Positions 63,040 through 64,000 of a stretch of 64,000 bases of DNA are shown one piece after another (position 1 is the first letter of the stretch; each line of letters begins with the position of its first letter). The stretch comes from a virus. The stretch spans positions 12,928-76,927 of IMG/VR virus record IMGVR_UViG_3300025880_000012. One strand, 5' to 3'. The notes under the pieces were generated by a model. That model was not told where the DNA came from. It saw only the letters and a list, made by a program, of their open reading frames with translations, and searched no databases. A program made the translations under genes and the position numbers.

Positions 63040-64000
63040 ATGGACGAAGACGAGTTAAAATCAACAAATTTCGAAGTACTGTATAGCTTTAAGCACGTTA
63101 ATCAATTCCCCCATTTAGCAGATTACTATAAGGTTTATAGGCAAGATGGCGCTGGAGAGGCGTTCATGCACATAAATACTATTCAAGCCACTGGTTTATC
63201 AGAAAATGACATACCAATCGAAATAACTGGCAGAGATGTTGTTCCTAATTGTGGTGTTTTGTATAATTATAAAGTTAGTGCTTATAATAATAGGGGAGAA
63301 ATTGATTGTATTAATCCAACTGTTTCAGGTATTGATTTTATATGCCCAACACCAAGCTCATCTGTGACGCCAACAGCAACAGCAACACCAACGAGCACAC
63401 CAAGCGTTACACCAACTAATACAGTCACTCCAACAAATACAGTTACCCCAACTGCTAGTTCTACTCCAGCAGAGTCACCTAGTGTAACCCCAACAATTAC
63501 TCCGACAACAACTCCAAGTAATAGTGTAACTCCAAGTAACACGGTTACTCCAACTGCTAGCACAACTCCTCCAGAATCACCTAGTGCGACTCCAACAGTT
63601 ACTCCAAGTAATACAGTTACTCCAAGTAATACAGTTACTCCAAGTAATACAGTTACTCCAACAGTTACACAAACACCTGGAGCATCCACATCTCCAACTC
63701 CAACAATTACTCCAAGTAATACAGTGACACCAAGCAACACGGTTACTCCAACTGCTAGCACAACTCCTCCAGAATCACCTAGTGTGACTCCAACAATTAC
63801 TCCAAGTAATACAGTTACTCCAACAGTTACTCCAAGTAATACAGTTACTCCAACAGTTACACAAACACCTGGAGCATCCACATCTCCAACTCCAACAATT
63901 ACTCCAAGTAATACAGTGACACCAAGTAACACGGTTACTCCAACTGCTAGCACAACTCCTCCAGAATCACCTAGTGTGACTCCAACAATTACTCCAAGTA
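63040..64000 (+). CDS. 3'-truncated FN3-like domain plus long Pro-Thr-Ser (mucin-like) repeat protein; absent from the ORF track
   Basis: Open frame [17 protein letters not shown]...ADYYKVYR...[13 protein letters not shown]...[12 protein letters not shown]... to the window end. Confidence 0.85.
   Translation, partial: MDEDELKSTNFEVLYSFKHVNQFPHLADYYKVYRQDGAGEAFMHINTIQATGLSENDIPIEITGRDVVPNCGVLYNYKVSAYNNRGEIDCINPTVSGIDFICPTPSSSVTPTATATPTSTPSVTPTNTVTPTNTVTPTASSTPAESPSVTPTITPTTTPSNSVTPSNTVTPTASTTPPESPSATPTVTPSNTVTPSNTVTPSNTVTPTVTQTPGASTSPTPTITPSNTVTPSNTVTPTASTTPPESPSVTPTITPSNTVTPTVTPSNTVTPTVTQTPGASTSPTPTITPSNTVTPSNTVTPTASTTPPESPSVTPTITPS
63345..64000 (+). repeat. Hierarchical [10 protein letters not shown] repeats with larger duplicated blocks
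   Basis: ACTCCAAGTAATACAGTT units; ACACAAACACCTGGAGCATCCACATCTCCAACTCCA at about 63667 and 63859. Confidence 0.9.

Noticed and set aside
63282-63953. 223-aa minus-strand Val/Gly/Leu ORF
   Set aside because: Antisense shadow of the Pro-Thr repeat gene that starts at 63040 on the plus strand.
1-64000. Stop-codon reassignment, introns/inteins, tRNAs, integrase or transposase
   Set aside because: Standard-code ORFs tile the window densely, and no such signatures were recognised by eye (tRNAscan and intein HMMs were not run).

Overview
This window is part of an AT-rich, large tailed-phage genome (long non-contractile tail, lambda-like tail-tip genes) and covers most of the virion morphogenesis region. 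From left to right it holds: (i) a tandem array of six paralogous fibre/adhesin genes arranged as three two-gene units; (ii) a TM+GAF holin candidate, a Zn-ribbon protein, a sigma-like factor, an ERCC4 nuclease, terminase, portal, protease with a nested scaffold, decoration and major capsid genes; (iii) a convergent minus-strand block with a J-domain protein, two 36-aa-repeat coiled-coil fibres, a GT25-GT8-GT34 fusion, two DUF2827-like genes, an I-J tail-tip fusion, K, L and M-like genes, a 3938-aa tape measure protein (TMP) and chaperones; (iv) divergent neck genes and an unlisted FN3/Pro-Thr-repeat gene running off the right edge. Most notable: (1) the TMP carries about 1300 aa of cassettes delimited by a repeated GxIPNF motif, including an R-STS-ExE ADP-ribosyltransferase-like domain and two nuclease-like domains, suggesting an injected effector polyprotein; (2) tandem orphan FN3 A-strands on a neck protein lie next to FN3 domains that lack that strand, suggesting donor-strand docking; (3) a glycosyltransferase cluster sits beside Ser/Thr-rich virion proteins; (4) a GTGTA-N9/10-start motif suggests a leaderless late promoter. 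All family calls come from motif recognition by eye; no searches were run.
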